A stretch of DNA of 64,000 nt from Marsupella aquatica (taxonomy: Eukaryota > Plantae > Marchantiophyta): assembly GCA_973895155.1 (NCBI GenBank), contig OZ316891.1, positions 31,441,112 through 31,505,111 of the forward strand. Reading direction: 5' to 3'. Positions 12,161 through 25,170 of the stretch are shown one piece after another. The notes under the pieces are model-generated. The model was given only the letters and a program-made list of their open reading frames with translations. It ran no database searches and was not told the DNA's origin. The position numbers were made by a program, and so were the translations under genes. The stretch's first letter is position 1; each line of letters opens with the position of its first letter.

Positions 12161-14495
12161 GACTGGTCTGGACACGGTTCAAACCTGGCTTCCATCTTCA
12201 CATTCACGAGATGCTTCACACACAATATCTGGATTGAGAGAAAACAATGCACATTTCAAGCTAACATGACCCGGTTCCCTTCGCAACTTCCACGGAGTTG
12301 ATTGGAAAGCGCATGCAGAGTGCATGCCACTGTGCAGCACACTAAAGCCTCATAATGATTGTATGATCTGCAGCTGTGTCAAAAGATGTGACTCCACGAA
12401 CAATCCAAAGGCCACCCAGAGTAGTCATGAAGGAACTAGCTGTTGGTGGACAAGTCCTTTGTCCTTAAGCTGAATTGTTAAAGGTTCAGTTCCACAACAA
12501 TCCTTCTGCCTACGATAATGTAGAAGAGAGTATCCGGCACTAGTTGAGGTAAGTCCCACCTACCCACCGCCTGTCTGCTGGGTAGAAAACAAAAGAAAAG
12601 GAAAAAGAAACATGTAGACAGCATTCGGCGGTAATTCACCAACTAGGAATGAAAAGCATATCAAATTCACCAGGCAACAGGACAGCGAGATTTTTTGCGT
12701 CTGAGCAAAATGCATCCTGTAGTTCGACTCCCTCTTGTTAGGCTTTTGTTCATGTGAGAATGCCAATCTATGCAAACAGGCCACATAGTCATTCACGCAC
12801 GGTTCAGTACTTCTGTACTATTGTTTGTCACACCACCATCTAAAGGCCACACATTCCTGCTTCAGGCAGACCTTCAATAGCCTCACAAACAAGTGCAGAG
12901 CTTACTCTACCAATTATCAGTCACGTCGAATCTATTCGAGTGAATAAATTCATCAAAAACATTTATCAAATAAAATTATTTCAGCTTCCCTGTCCGTAGT
13001 GTTCACAGGACACTAAATGCCCCACACTCATAGAATTCAGAAGTAACAACGAGCCAAAAATACCCCCCTGCTGAACTGAACAATGGCATGCATAAATTTT
13101 CTGAGTCATGCCCAGAGAGCCGCTCTCAAATGGGCAATCTTGGATATGTAAGGCTCTTCGATGGTGAGACTTTGCAAATGTAGTCGAGGCCTACAAATTG
13201 CAGAAAGCTCCTAAGCTTCTTTAGCACTGACTGACTTTTCCCTGTAGCCATAATTATAAATTTTTAGTAATCATGAAAGGAGCAACTGGTATCATAAAAT
13301 CATAAGTGCAGTCGACAAAAACTGCAACATATTCTAGAAGTTTCATAAGGCAGTAGCAAAAGGAATATTAAGGATTACACTTTGCCAAGTGCATTACTTG
13401 ATTGCAACACGATGAGGTTTACTCTTCTATAGCTATCAAATCTTTTCTGTCAGTCCGACATAAATCAAGTGCCTAATGACAGAAATTTACTGGTTCAACG
13501 TCAGTCCCTCCTAACATTACCCTAAGTTTTGGTGGCTAAGACATGGACGCAGGAGGACAATATGAAGACTAGAAGGAAATGTCGATAATACGGAGGCAGT
13601 CCGACAGTCTTACAAACATTAACAAGAGGCCGGAAAGAAGAGGCACATGTGACGCCAAAGTTGTCGGAAGGGAGATGTAAAGTAAGACACACATGGCACA
13701 ATGCAAAAGGGAGGATGTAAAGTAAGACTACAGCTCCAGGGAGACCAACATGAAGGAGAAGAAATATTTTGAGAAACTTGTGTGCAATCTTTGATTTGTT
13801 TCTTGTCAGAAATGAGATAGGTTGGCTGATTGTCCAGAACGGCAGCAGGCTGACTAGCTCCAGCAAGTAGTATGTGATTCAACTTCTATGATGTACAAAA
13901 ACCATCCAAAGTGATCTCATCAATCTACCTAGCCTTCTCATATTCACTTTGCAATCTATTCAAGTCCAATAAAAGAGACCCAAAACGAAAAATGACCAAA
14001 CAATAACTCGGGACTAAGTCTACGCAGCAGATCAGACGTCAATGTGAACTTGTTCACAGAAGTGCACATTCTCACAGAACCTAAGAGGAGAAACATTGCT
14101 GCATCTCTTTGAAATTAGGCAAAGGGCTGAACGAATTTTATCTGTGGTTTGCTCACCCTGTAAACCTACACTCGAAGTTTTGAGGCAAGTCGGGGGTTCA
14201 ACATGACTTTTCTGGTACTGGTATAAGGTTAGGATATGGGCTTTACAATCTAAGATCTCTTGATTATTTCAATGCAAAAACTTAGTTAAATGTGCAGTAC
14301 ATAGAGACAAAAACAAGACACCTATTTGATATTCTGATAGTCAGTGACGAATACCACATATTTCTACCACCAACCAGAGAATATTGAAAACCAACTCCTA
14401 CGAACAGCCATCGCAAACTTTGCAGCAACTTAATCTCGCGAGATTAACTAGAATTGTAATTTCACGACAAATAGAAATAATGCTTCAGTGCTTAC

Positions 14496-16717
14496 TGTGT
14501 AGAGTACCAGTTGTACCATCTTGAAAATTGGTAGAGCTGAACTGTCTCATTTGCAGCATGACATGTGAACAACAAGTAGTTTCGAGGTTGTACCATCCAT
14601 GCAAACCTCATGAACAATGCTGAATAAATGCACATCACTAGAATGCAGCACAACACAGTGAAAAACTGCAATTAGTTTGAGACCCGGTTGAGGTACATGT
14701 TATCTCATCAGAAAGCACACAAGATAACTACTAAGCAATCCTGCCTAAATGATTCTCAAGCATCCTCACAAGTAGTAAGCAGAGTGACAGCTCGTCTTTG
14801 GACGCACAAAACAGAAGTGAGAAGTTTAGTTGGTTGACATGACTGTTAGATATTGTACTTTGTCTGTCTAGTTTCCCTACAATCTACAAAACAATGCGTA
14901 AGCTACCAGCTCAAGATGGATCTCAGAATTAGATTGCTCAACGAACACTATCCTTCACATCGCATTAATACACCTCCCATTTAACTCTAAAAGTCGCAGA
15001 TACCCATGATGGAAGATTAGATATTGTCAGATGAAACTGAAATAAATTTCTATATTCTTCTGCGGTCCCCCATCCCATTAACCCCAAAAGGATGGCAGAT
15101 CAATCTTCAAGAATCTAATGCAAGTATGCGAAGATTGAGAAAAGACAGTGAAGTAAGCGATCGCCTACAATGTGAATTAGGGCAAGGATTATGACCGCCA
15201 ATCGGTTTTCGTCAGATTCTGACTTACTTTAACAGCCAGGCAAAACAAGTCTTGGCCAAATTTATTTGCAGCTTCATTAGAATCCTTCTCTTTCTTGACG
15301 GAGATAGTTAGTCTCAGTTCAGAACGTATGAAAGTTGGAACTAAGGGACTCCTATTACACAAGGACGTGACTGTAGGTGGTGAGCGTTTCTCAAACCTCC
15401 GGTCATGTTGCCAGAAATAACCTCCGGTGGTTTGCTCATGTCCGCTACTCCCTGTAAACAAATACACAGAACCAAAATCCTAGTTACATAGTGGCATGCT
15501 CGAGTCTTCATGTACCTAACTTTCAAGAATAATCGCTCTCGAAAAGGTCCACAGCCATGGAATCCTTCTCTTTACAAGGTTCAACATGGAGGATATAAAA
15601 CGTCTTTTCCGTTATTCTAAGAATGCTACTGACTCTACTCCTTGGATTGTAGCTTCGGCCTGTCTTTGCCGTGAGACAAGTTTCAATGTAAGACGCAAAT
15701 ACCGCCAGTGTGTCATTTCTCTGCGTCTACAATCGTTCGCCTGTCTAGTTCAATACTATCGACAACAGCTCAGGAGTTCCAGGCGCTTTCGAAAACAAAC
15801 TTGCTCATCTTGTCAGTCATCCTCCCTTGAACCTGAACTAGGACTATTCTAATCAACAGATTTCTCACAACAGTGTCATCCCTTGCTCAATTCTCGTTAA
15901 TGATTATTCTCAGGATTCGGACACTACGACGATGAGAGCAACTCCCAACAATGGTCAAGTGACGTGTGAGTTTTGACTAAGTACAAATTTCGTCTGGTAA
16001 CTTTAGGACATAGCACCCGGCCGATCCTGCTGGTCCAATTAAACCGAAATTGATAAGTGGCAAGACGCCTTAGGTTCAGCTTCACGAAGAGCTGGCTTGG
16101 ATGGGAGGACCTTAGATGCGTCATGAACCAGTTAATATGAACGGGATCTCCGATGTATTTCCATGTTCAAGGTAGAACTAGCTCTCAAATTCTACCCGCT
16201 ACTGCACAGCCCGAACCATAAGTAACGCGTTCCTCGAACAGTCCCATCCCATCCACCTGCGCCAGTTAGGATACTTTCCTTCACGGCAGATTGCCTACTC
16301 AGATTCCTTGTAACCTAGTCATAGGACCATTGAAGCAGGGAACCAGAATTGATGCTTCAGCCCCAATGAGTCTCATCAAGGGAATGCAGAGAATTATCAT
16401 TCACGGACAATGCTAAACACTGTGCCGGGACTCGCAACTGCAGAGCTCCACTGCTGGGACGCTAGATTTATTCTTGTCAATACAAGACGAGATGAGGAGG
16501 AGCACGAAACTGCCTCACTGGAGGGCAGTCGAGAAAATAGCGAAGTGCAATTCCAGTGCGTGAAAAAGAAAGACTCTAATGTTTCCACTAAGCAGAGGTG
16601 GGGAACGGGAGAAAAGAGAAGTACAGCAGCAACAAACCCCCAGTTCGCAACAGGCCCCCAGAAATGGGTCGTCTTGGGACCGACGGGGCTGTTCCAGAAC
16701 GCTTTCATTGCCGCCAT
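14496..16717 (-). CDS. MPC1: Mitochondrial pyruvate carrier 1 (last coding exon not located)
   Basis: Exons 16717-16625 ([31 protein letters not shown]), 15451-15397 ([18 protein letters not shown]) and 14637-14496 ([41 protein letters not shown]), with phase-consistent GT-AG junctions. Confidence 0.93.
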
Positions 16718-17800
16718 GACTGCTGCTCTGCTCTGCTCTGCTCTGCTCTGGAAGTCTGCAAAGGGCACAATCAATCAGCCCCCAAACCGTCTAATTGTTC
16801 GAAGGATACAAATGAACAATTTACACCGACACAAACGAATCTCGTCTGAAGCACAGACGGAGAAAATAAGTGCATGCACTCACCAGACAACACCCGTCGA
16901 GACAATTTGGACGAGAACCGAGATGATTGTGGGTTACTATCGTCGAGGAAGGTTTATGTAGTTGAGCACCCCGAAAGGGACCACACCGATCTCGAAAGCT
17001 GTTAGTCCTCCGATGCACTCGACTCTGTTTTTGCATTGAAAAATGACTCTGACGTCCAACAGGGACGAGTCCCAGAGGACCAACGAACATTATGACCCTC
17101 AAAACTCTTCCCTCAAAACGGGGTATGACTAATTGACCCCTGAGGACCAGTCATGTGTTTGTATGAGTTGTCTAGTTCTTTCGGGAAAAACTTGATTTAT
17201 ATATTGTGTTGTTTCTCAAAGAACGATTGCCAAACAGCTCCATTAACCCTTGTTCAATTGTCCTAAGAAAAACTGTGTCAAAGCATGATTACCCATACAC
17301 CTCTTCCTTCCACAAGAATTTGGCTCCCTTCCACATTTCAGACTCCATGGCTCAAATGTATCCAACTCACACTTCACCCTTAATAAACCTCCACTCGCCC
17401 AGAAGTTGTGGGAGAAGAAAATAGTCACTTTTATACCTTAACTAATTTTGGTGAACTGGATCCACCAAGTTCTGAAAATGGACAGTAGCGATTCAGTGGG
17501 CCCTATCCCTGTACCTCTAACCTTGGGATGGATAGGTGCAAAATTTAGACTCTTTTAGTGTGCTAAGAGAAGGCACCCAATTCTATGCTTGTGCTTGAGG
17601 GCTGAAGAAGAAAGCAAGGTTTGGCATCATTGGGAGGGATAATCAGGCGGTTTGTTTTTGAAGCGCAAGTGCAGTGCACAAATGGATAATCAAGTGAGGT
17701 GTTTGAGAATCCCACTGACCAACTGGAACAATCCAAGGAGAACCCTAAACCGCCACCCGCATGAGTAACTTACTTAAACCAAGGCTCTCCATGGTGTCAA

Positions 17801-17840
17801 CCCCCCCCCCCCCCCCCCCCCAAACACACACACACACACA
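17801..17840. repeat. Poly-C tract followed by (CA)n microsatellite
   Basis: Directly visible in the sequence. Confidence 0.9.
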
Positions 17841-18092
17841 CCATCACAACAACAACAAGCAACTCTGAAGAATAAGAAAGACTAGCCTTGAGTACCCTTT
17901 CCTTGAATGGAAAGAGAGGGATGAGGACAAAAAAGTAACTTGTCACAAAAAGAGTCCTGGCTGTTTTGGTTCATAGTTCCGACTCTGTGTTTTGTGACTT
18001 AGAGAAGAGTCATGGTCTAGAGGCTTCACTCTAGACTGTAGTCCTTAAAAGTGGCTTCCTTTTGCAAATAATTAGTAAGATATTCTAGAACA

Positions 18093-18485
18093 CTAGCCCC
18101 AACTACCTGTTCTTTGAACGGGAATAGCAGGGAATACAATAAAAATGTCACCAAAACATATTCCTTATTTACATTTTTTGAAGGTTAATGAAATGATAAA
18201 AAGATCATCATGTGTGTTACCATTTTAATAATCATACATAACATACCATACTCTTTTCTATGAACATCCCTCTTTCTATGCACATATGTTATGGTGGGGG
18301 CATAGAGCTCATTTCTTAGTATATATAGAAATCATGACACAAAGCATGCATGATTATCATTTGACATACATCATAGTCATGAGTTTTCACATCCACATGA
18401 TGAGCCATAGAGTTATGGTCTAGAGGCTTCACTCTAGAAGCCTAGGCCCTAACTCTAGCTTGTAGTTAACGCTTTATATATAAGA
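18093..18485 (-). mobile_element. Non-autonomous Helitron (copy B)
   Basis: On the minus strand: A|TCttatatataaa 5' end, cccgttc-aaa-gaacagg hairpin, and CTAG|T 3' end with no TSD. These are canonical Helitron termini at an AT site. Confidence 0.75.
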
Positions 18486-21275
18486 TGTGATGCAATCTCC
18501 ACCGTCATGTTGTCTAATAAGTTGCAAGTTATCTGGGGACGGCTCTCTATAGCTAAGCCACTCACTCAACCATGACTGGCCAAGCTTCTCAAGATTTAGG
18601 GCAGGAAAGCATCTTTCTATTGTTCACCATTATAATCTTCCCAGCCTGCCAAATGGTTAGTGATGCTTGCACTCTTACAACAAGGAGCATTTTCTTAAGA
18701 TGGTTAAAGATATCCGGAAAGTCAGAAAATCTTGGGTGAGTGGAGGGTAGTTAGCATAAGCCCATGATGAACCGGTTCAGAACCAGCTCAGGTTTGTTTA
18801 GTCGAGAGTTTAATTGCATACAAAGTGACCAAGAGGGGGCCGGGGCAAGAAACATTTTTGGTATGTAGTGAGTGGAACAAAGTTTTCAAGCTGGGATTAG
18901 GGATTTCTCCAAGATCATAGGCACTGCAAGCACATCAAGGGGGAGGATTGAAATGGCTGCACAGAGGGAGCTTCACAGTTGGTCAATAGTTTTGGGTGCA
19001 GGCAGCATGGAAGCACTCACAAGAGGCACTAAAAAGAAAGGTATGTTCAAGATGAGAGAAAATCAACAATTATAGGTGATTTGGGAGTAAATGCAGTGCA
19101 TCCTCAATGCTCTCACCTCCGAGTACACCTGCAGAGTGTCCAGTACTAGGGGGGCTCAATTGCAGGAGCAAAATGCCTTGCATCGCCCATCAATCTTGAG
19201 CCGGTGAGCAATGTTGCACCAACAGCTGAGGTGGGCGTCCAAAACAATCATCGTATGGGCCTTAACATTACTTCATATCTGTCATTCAGCAAACGATGAG
19301 TGCAAAAGTATGTCGATTCAACTTGCTGTAGGATTTGTTGAATTTGTGTTGTAGCTCCAAACTGGTTAGATGAATAATAAAGTGGAAACATGAAGTGTAT
19401 TTAAGAATTGGTTTAGAATGTTTGTCTGCAAATAAGTACCTGCCACCAATCAAGATGGTTACTATCAATCTCAACATTGAAACACGAAATCAATTTGGTC
19501 AGTAGATGCCTTTGACATTGCTTGTTTGAATGTATTTAATTCCTACTCTACTGAACACAACCCTTAGCTTATCCTCTATGAGAGCATTCTCTTGGGTTCT
19601 GAAGAATGTACCCATACTTCGCATTTTGTGATGAAAATTGAAGACCAACCAAGACCATTTCAATTGAGCTCTTTTTCAATTGCTAGCATCTTGGATGTCT
19701 CTCTACTTGACATTGTGATGCAGTGGTCAGAAATTGGCCTTTTGTTTACATGTGAGTTTGGCTTCAATCAATTTGGTATTGCTCTGCTGTCCCACTTTCT
19801 CATTAGGTATGGCTCATCTCACAGTGGAGACCTTGGACAAGAAGGTTAAGGAGCTTGCATTCCCGAATCACAACTTTGTTTGCCTTGATACCACCATAGA
19901 CTAGCTATCCACTGTTGATGCAGAGGTAGAAAATCTAGTGTTGGGCATATGGTAATTGGAAGCCCCCTATAGATCATCCCGTTGGATAGTAGCAGCAACA
20001 ACGAGGAAGATGAGCCTCTTAAAGAATTCATGGGTGCTATCTTGGAGAGTGAAGATTATGTAAGCAAGAATTCTGGACAAAGTTAAGAGGTGCAGCCCAA
20101 GTGGAAACAAAAGCACCAAGACATGAGCGTGAGGTTCAATGTCAGAAGCTAAAAAATGAATTTAGCAAAGGTTGAAAGCAAAAAGTGAAGCAACTTGTCC
20201 CAACTAAGGTGTGGGAGAAGATCTATGCTAACTAAAAGGCAATATTTCCAAGATGACCATTTGAGGAGACTCTTAAAGACCTTCTAAGGAACAACCTCAA
20301 AGACATGCAGTCAGGGGTGAATAACCCTTAGATTGGGGACGGGGCAACATTACACGATGCAAACCTCATGTTTAAGCTGAAGGAAATAGGCCTATTTGTT
20401 TTTTAAAGCTGACCAATCAATAAAACTTGCCCTATTTGTTCTTCCACAAAACTTGGGAAGTATTCTGTCACACCCATTTAAATGGGCCTATACTTTGTTG
20501 CATGTGATGTGCCACTTCTGTGGAAAGTGACCCCCCCCCAGATGTAAGCTTGTTTTATTGAACTATTTGGAGCCATGAAGAGTTGCACATTGGAATAGAT
20601 AGATGAGAGGACAAAAATTAAATGAATGATTCCAAATGGAGTGAATTTTAAAGATAGTTAGGACAATTTCATTGAAGAAAAATATGAGTACATTATGATA
20701 ATATCAAGGGTAATTCTCCATGCAAACTGTTTCCCTTAATAACTCTACGTCTATACAATATATGTACAATTTCATATAGTTCATGCAAAATCACTTTGTC
20801 CATAGTAGTTGAAAGGTCTTACATTCCCTTAGTATTTTTCTACCCATTGTAATTATGGTGTTTCTCACCTTTGCTCGTTACTCCTCTATCCATAGTAGCC
20901 TAGCCAAAGTGTTTAGTTACTTTGGTAAATGTTAGAGAAGTTGCAAAGTTTCTTGTGTTTCTTATGTTACCTTGATAAGTGTTAGAATTTGAAGAGCGTC
21001 TTTTACTTGTAATTATTTCAAAAATATGTAAATTAAATTAAAAAAATTAATCTAGTAGAATTTACCCCTCCACATTCTATAATGAATAACCCAACCAAAA
21101 TGGCCAATAATTCACTGTGGCTTTGATGGAAGTGTAGCTTTACTTAATCCTCTAGCACATCCTCCAAACCAAAACAATATTCAAATTTAAGAACATCAAG
21201 TTCTTACAAATTACACTCAAATTTATGGTCCATGGGGGTTCCAAACGACAGGTTTCAAAAGACCAACGTTGTGCT

Positions 21276-21568
21276 TGTTAGGTATTGCTCTTAGTCTTGT
21301 GACTCTTGAGCTAACCACAGTTAGGCTAACTCAGGTTAGGACTTAGCTAAGGTTAGCGGCAGTGCTATTGTGTATATAGCCAGGGCTGGTGCCAGTCCCT
21401 GGGGGATCTTCATTTTATTGTTGGAGTTGGGCAAGAGAGAAGTAAAGGTCTCTTGCTTTCCTGTGGATGTAGCCTCGGTCATGAGGTGAACCACGTACTC
21501 GCTGTGTCGACTACTTTGTATGGTGTTCACATGTGCATGGTGTCTCAGGATAGGGATTATCCCCAACA
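21276..21568 (+). repeat. 5' LTR
   Basis: TG...CA ends. Differs from the 3' LTR by about 12 substitutions (almost all transitions) and one 3-bp indel, counted by eye. Confidence 0.92.
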
Positions 21569-21570
21569 AG

Positions 21571-21582
21571 TGGTATCAGAGC
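21571..21582 (+). promoter_or_regulatory. Primer-binding site (tRNA-iMet)
   Basis: tggtatcagagc 2 nt after the 5' LTR. Confidence 0.9.
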
Positions 21583-23569
21583 ATGTCTGGGAGGTGACAC
21601 CGTGGTGACAAGAGTTTTCTTGTGTAATCGACGGTCTGAAGATCCCGGGGGGGTTTACTCGCATGAAACTTGTTTGAGGGGGACTCATCGGATAGAGCGT
21701 TGTGAGGGCTTTCTAACGGCAGTTAGAAATCATTGATCGGATTTCTGAGTGAGAAGTAATCGTGGAAATCATTTTTTCGTGGAGTTTTCGTGTTCGACAG
21801 TTTTTTTGTGGGAGAGACCAGAGTTCATTTTTGCAACGGTGTGAGCTGTGCGGTGCGGGAGGCGTCGCATGTTATAGCTCAAGTTGAAGGTTGAAGCGAG
21901 CTGGTCGTTTTGGTACCTGGTTTGCTAGCGTTTGTGGAGCGAGTGCATCGTGACAAGTGAAAGTTGAGCTCTGGTTTTTTGACAAGCTATGGTGCTTGTT
22001 TTTCCCTGAACCGGATTACTCGTCGTGACGCTTGACTCGGAGGAAGAAATGCAAAGTGTTTGGGCTCAACGGGGAGATCGCGGTGAAGTGATCATTTTGA
22101 GTCCGGGATTGGCACTTGACGCGGAGAGAGTGTGATGCGACAAAAGTTTTTTCTCTGTTGGAGCTGCAGACTGTGCCGGTGTCCGGGGACCAGTTTAAAG
22201 CGGTGTAAAAGTGGACTTTTAATGTTTTTAGGGACTTGGTTATATCATTGTATTTTCATAGGTTGGTTCAATCTTTCTTAACCCTACTCAGTTCTCATTT
22301 TAAATACCAAATTACACTAAGTTATTCTTATTTAAAATGCTAAACCATCACTTCCAACTATATTCAATGCATCATTTTCATCTCCACAACAACTAAGCAT
22401 TCACAACAACATCTCATCATTTTCATCACAACAAAATAGTCCAAACTCATCATATATTTCATTTATTCTCAAAAAGAAGAAGTCTTGGTTTGGATTTACA
22501 AAATGTTTATTCGGTTGCTCATTCTCTAACTCGAGTTTCCATACTAAGCTCAGTTCAGGTAAATAGGTCAGGTCTCGGCCTCAAGCTCATCAATGGTTTC
22601 CCCCAAGCACTTTGAACACAACTTCAGCCTCCATCGAGCTTCCCTCATGTCCTCGTTTTTCTTGCGCTCATCCTCTTGACCCTTCTTCCTCCTCTTCTCC
22701 AGTTTCCAGTCCCACAACAAAAAAAACTTACGGCCGGTAACCTCAAACCCCATGGCAACGGACTATCCCTAGTTTAAAAATGGACTCAATCACCGGGTTC
22801 CACTCATCAAATGAAGTCAACTTCCTTAATTCAAACTCTCTACAAAAACTCCACAACATCAGATTTATAGTGCTCTAGGTAATCCATAACTCTAGTTGGA
22901 ATTTCTTAACTAATTCCATGAAAGGCTCATCTCTCCTCTTAAGGGCATTCTGTTGCTTCATTCAGGTTCAAACTTTATGTTTTCACTTCTCAAACAGACC
23001 CACGGTACATTCCCAATGAACTCATTATCTCTGATCTGTTCTCATCAGTCGAAGCTTTACAAAAGGTCCTTCGTCTTTGTCTTTACAGCATTCAGTTCCT
23101 TTACATTTTCCTTGTCTGCCTTAAACACTTGTCGAAATCCCTTCTTCATCGGTTTCAATGATCGGGCGCTCGTCTCTTATTCAATTTTCATCTACCCCAG
23201 CGCTGTTCCTTTCTACGTTTGAATTTCTCTCTCGCCCCACCTCACCTCTGCATTTTATTTTATTTTATTTTATTTTTCTTTGTGCTTTCAAAATGACATC
23301 AGTCTTCTCCCGAGCTAATCTTCAGCTTTTTCTTAGCTCATCGTTTGTCTAGCTTAACCTTTGCCATTGCAACTCGTTCTCGTATCTCAAAAGTTTTCTC
23401 CTCAGGCTCTCCACTGATCGCGCTCGCTCATACACACCTCAATTTCCCTTTTTCCCTAGATCCTCTTCTTCTTAGCACTCCTGAACTTCATCTGCGCCAT
23501 CACCTCCTTTCAACAACATTTATTCTCATCCCTTACATTCACCGTCGAATTCCGTAACTCAATCTCAGT

Positions 23570-25170
23570 TGTCGTGCGCATACACATCGTTGTCACATAC
23601 ATCCAAACATAGTCACACTGGCACATCACAAACACCAGAGAATGGAATACAAGTGGAACTCATGTCCACACATGTCCAAAACCCACAATAATCTCAATAC
23701 AATTGGCACAACTATCCCGGTCAACAATATCCCATCGATCCCGCACCGATCCGATCACACACATATGTCGAGCCAATGCACCTTGCACTTAAGGAATCCA
23801 CGCTACATAGAGAGAGCTCTCAGCCACCATAGCCACCACATAGGAACTTGCTAGTTAAGCGCATGAGGGGAGGAATAGCTTTGGGATGGGTGACCTCTCA
23901 CTTGTCATTATGCACCAAATCTGCCACTCCAAAATGGCAGCACTTGCAATTCTCCTCACGTACCAGCAAGCTGGCTTGCTGGCCTGCTCCTGCTCCGCCC
24001 TCACGCCCCTTGTCCCGAGTAACCACGAGTTGCCTCCAAGCCTCTAAACGCCGAGATGAGCCAAAGAGTGAGCCCTTCACGCCCGCAACACTTCGCTACG
24101 CTGAATCAAGTTTCAGATTCGGCAACATTCAGACTTCAACCTCGAGTTTCCTTCACGGAAATGTAGCGCATCGGCGCACTGCCATGTCATAACGAATCCG
24201 CGATCCAGCCCTCATGAAATGGGCAACATTCCCGAGACGTTTCCCTTCGCAAACACGTAGGCGATAGTGCCTCCGCGCTACTGATCAGCAGCAGCCCGCC
24301 TCCGCACAGTCATCCACTACCAAAATAGCAACGTTCAAAGTTCTATTTCTTCAACAAAATGCAGAGGTCGACATGCAAGTTCTGCAAATCGCTACACAGG
24401 CGGTGTCGTTGCGCGATTCAGCAACATCCACGGCTGTTTCCCTTGCAAAAATAGCAGATCGGCCGAACAGATTTGCATACAACAATGATGTAGGCCCGAT
24501 CTATCAACATCCGCACCTCAACAAGCCCGATCTACTTCACACAAATGCAAATAGTAGCATACTGTCCGTCAAATGGCAGCACATATCCCAAATCGACACT
24601 CTGTCTCCTTGCAAATCTGGCAAGATCTCCAATGATCTGTGATCTCTCTTCTCAAAACAGCTCGACAATGAGACACAAACTGCAGCAGATCAAAATACTA
24701 ACGATCTATTTAGTACGATTCGAGCTACCACGGATCCACGCAACAGCTTCAAACAATTTCCACGAGCCGTCGCCAACTCAATCGACATGAAATGAACTTC
24801 TGTTTGCACAGTCCGCACAGCAGAGTTCGCATCTGATCTTTCAATGTAATCTCAATACAATCGGCATAATGATCCCGGTCAACAATATCCCATCGATCCC
24901 GTACCGACCCGATCACACACATGTCGAGCCAACGCACCTTGCACTCAAGGAATCCACGCTACATAGAGAGAGCTCTCAGCCACCATAGCCACCACACAAG
25001 CTCCCCTCTCCAAGGCTCAACATTGAAAGATAACCTTTCAATGCCTCACAAGAGAGAACTACCCTCTCACACAAACCTAATGGAACCTTATCGGCTCATA
25101 TAGCACACATACCAAACATACGGATCTAGATAGTATGATACACTCTAACACTACCTAGAATGGTGTGACA
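23570..25170. mobile_element. Nested ~1.6-kb solo-LTR-like insertion with an internal ~150-bp direct repeat
   Basis: TGTC...GACA ends flanked by cagt on both sides (4-bp TSD). Internal repeat at ~23690-23840 and ~24848-24996. Confidence 0.55.

Noticed and set aside
10919-18485. Inverted ~390-bp repeats flanking MPC1 as TIRs of a Pack-MULE-like element that captured the gene
   Set aside because: Each repeat has its own Helitron-type hairpin-CTAG end and there is no flanking TSD, so two independent insertions explain the pattern.
21336-21569. Small ORFs at 21336-21569 and 32255-32494 as duplicated peptide genes
   Set aside because: They are antisense readings of the two LTRs.
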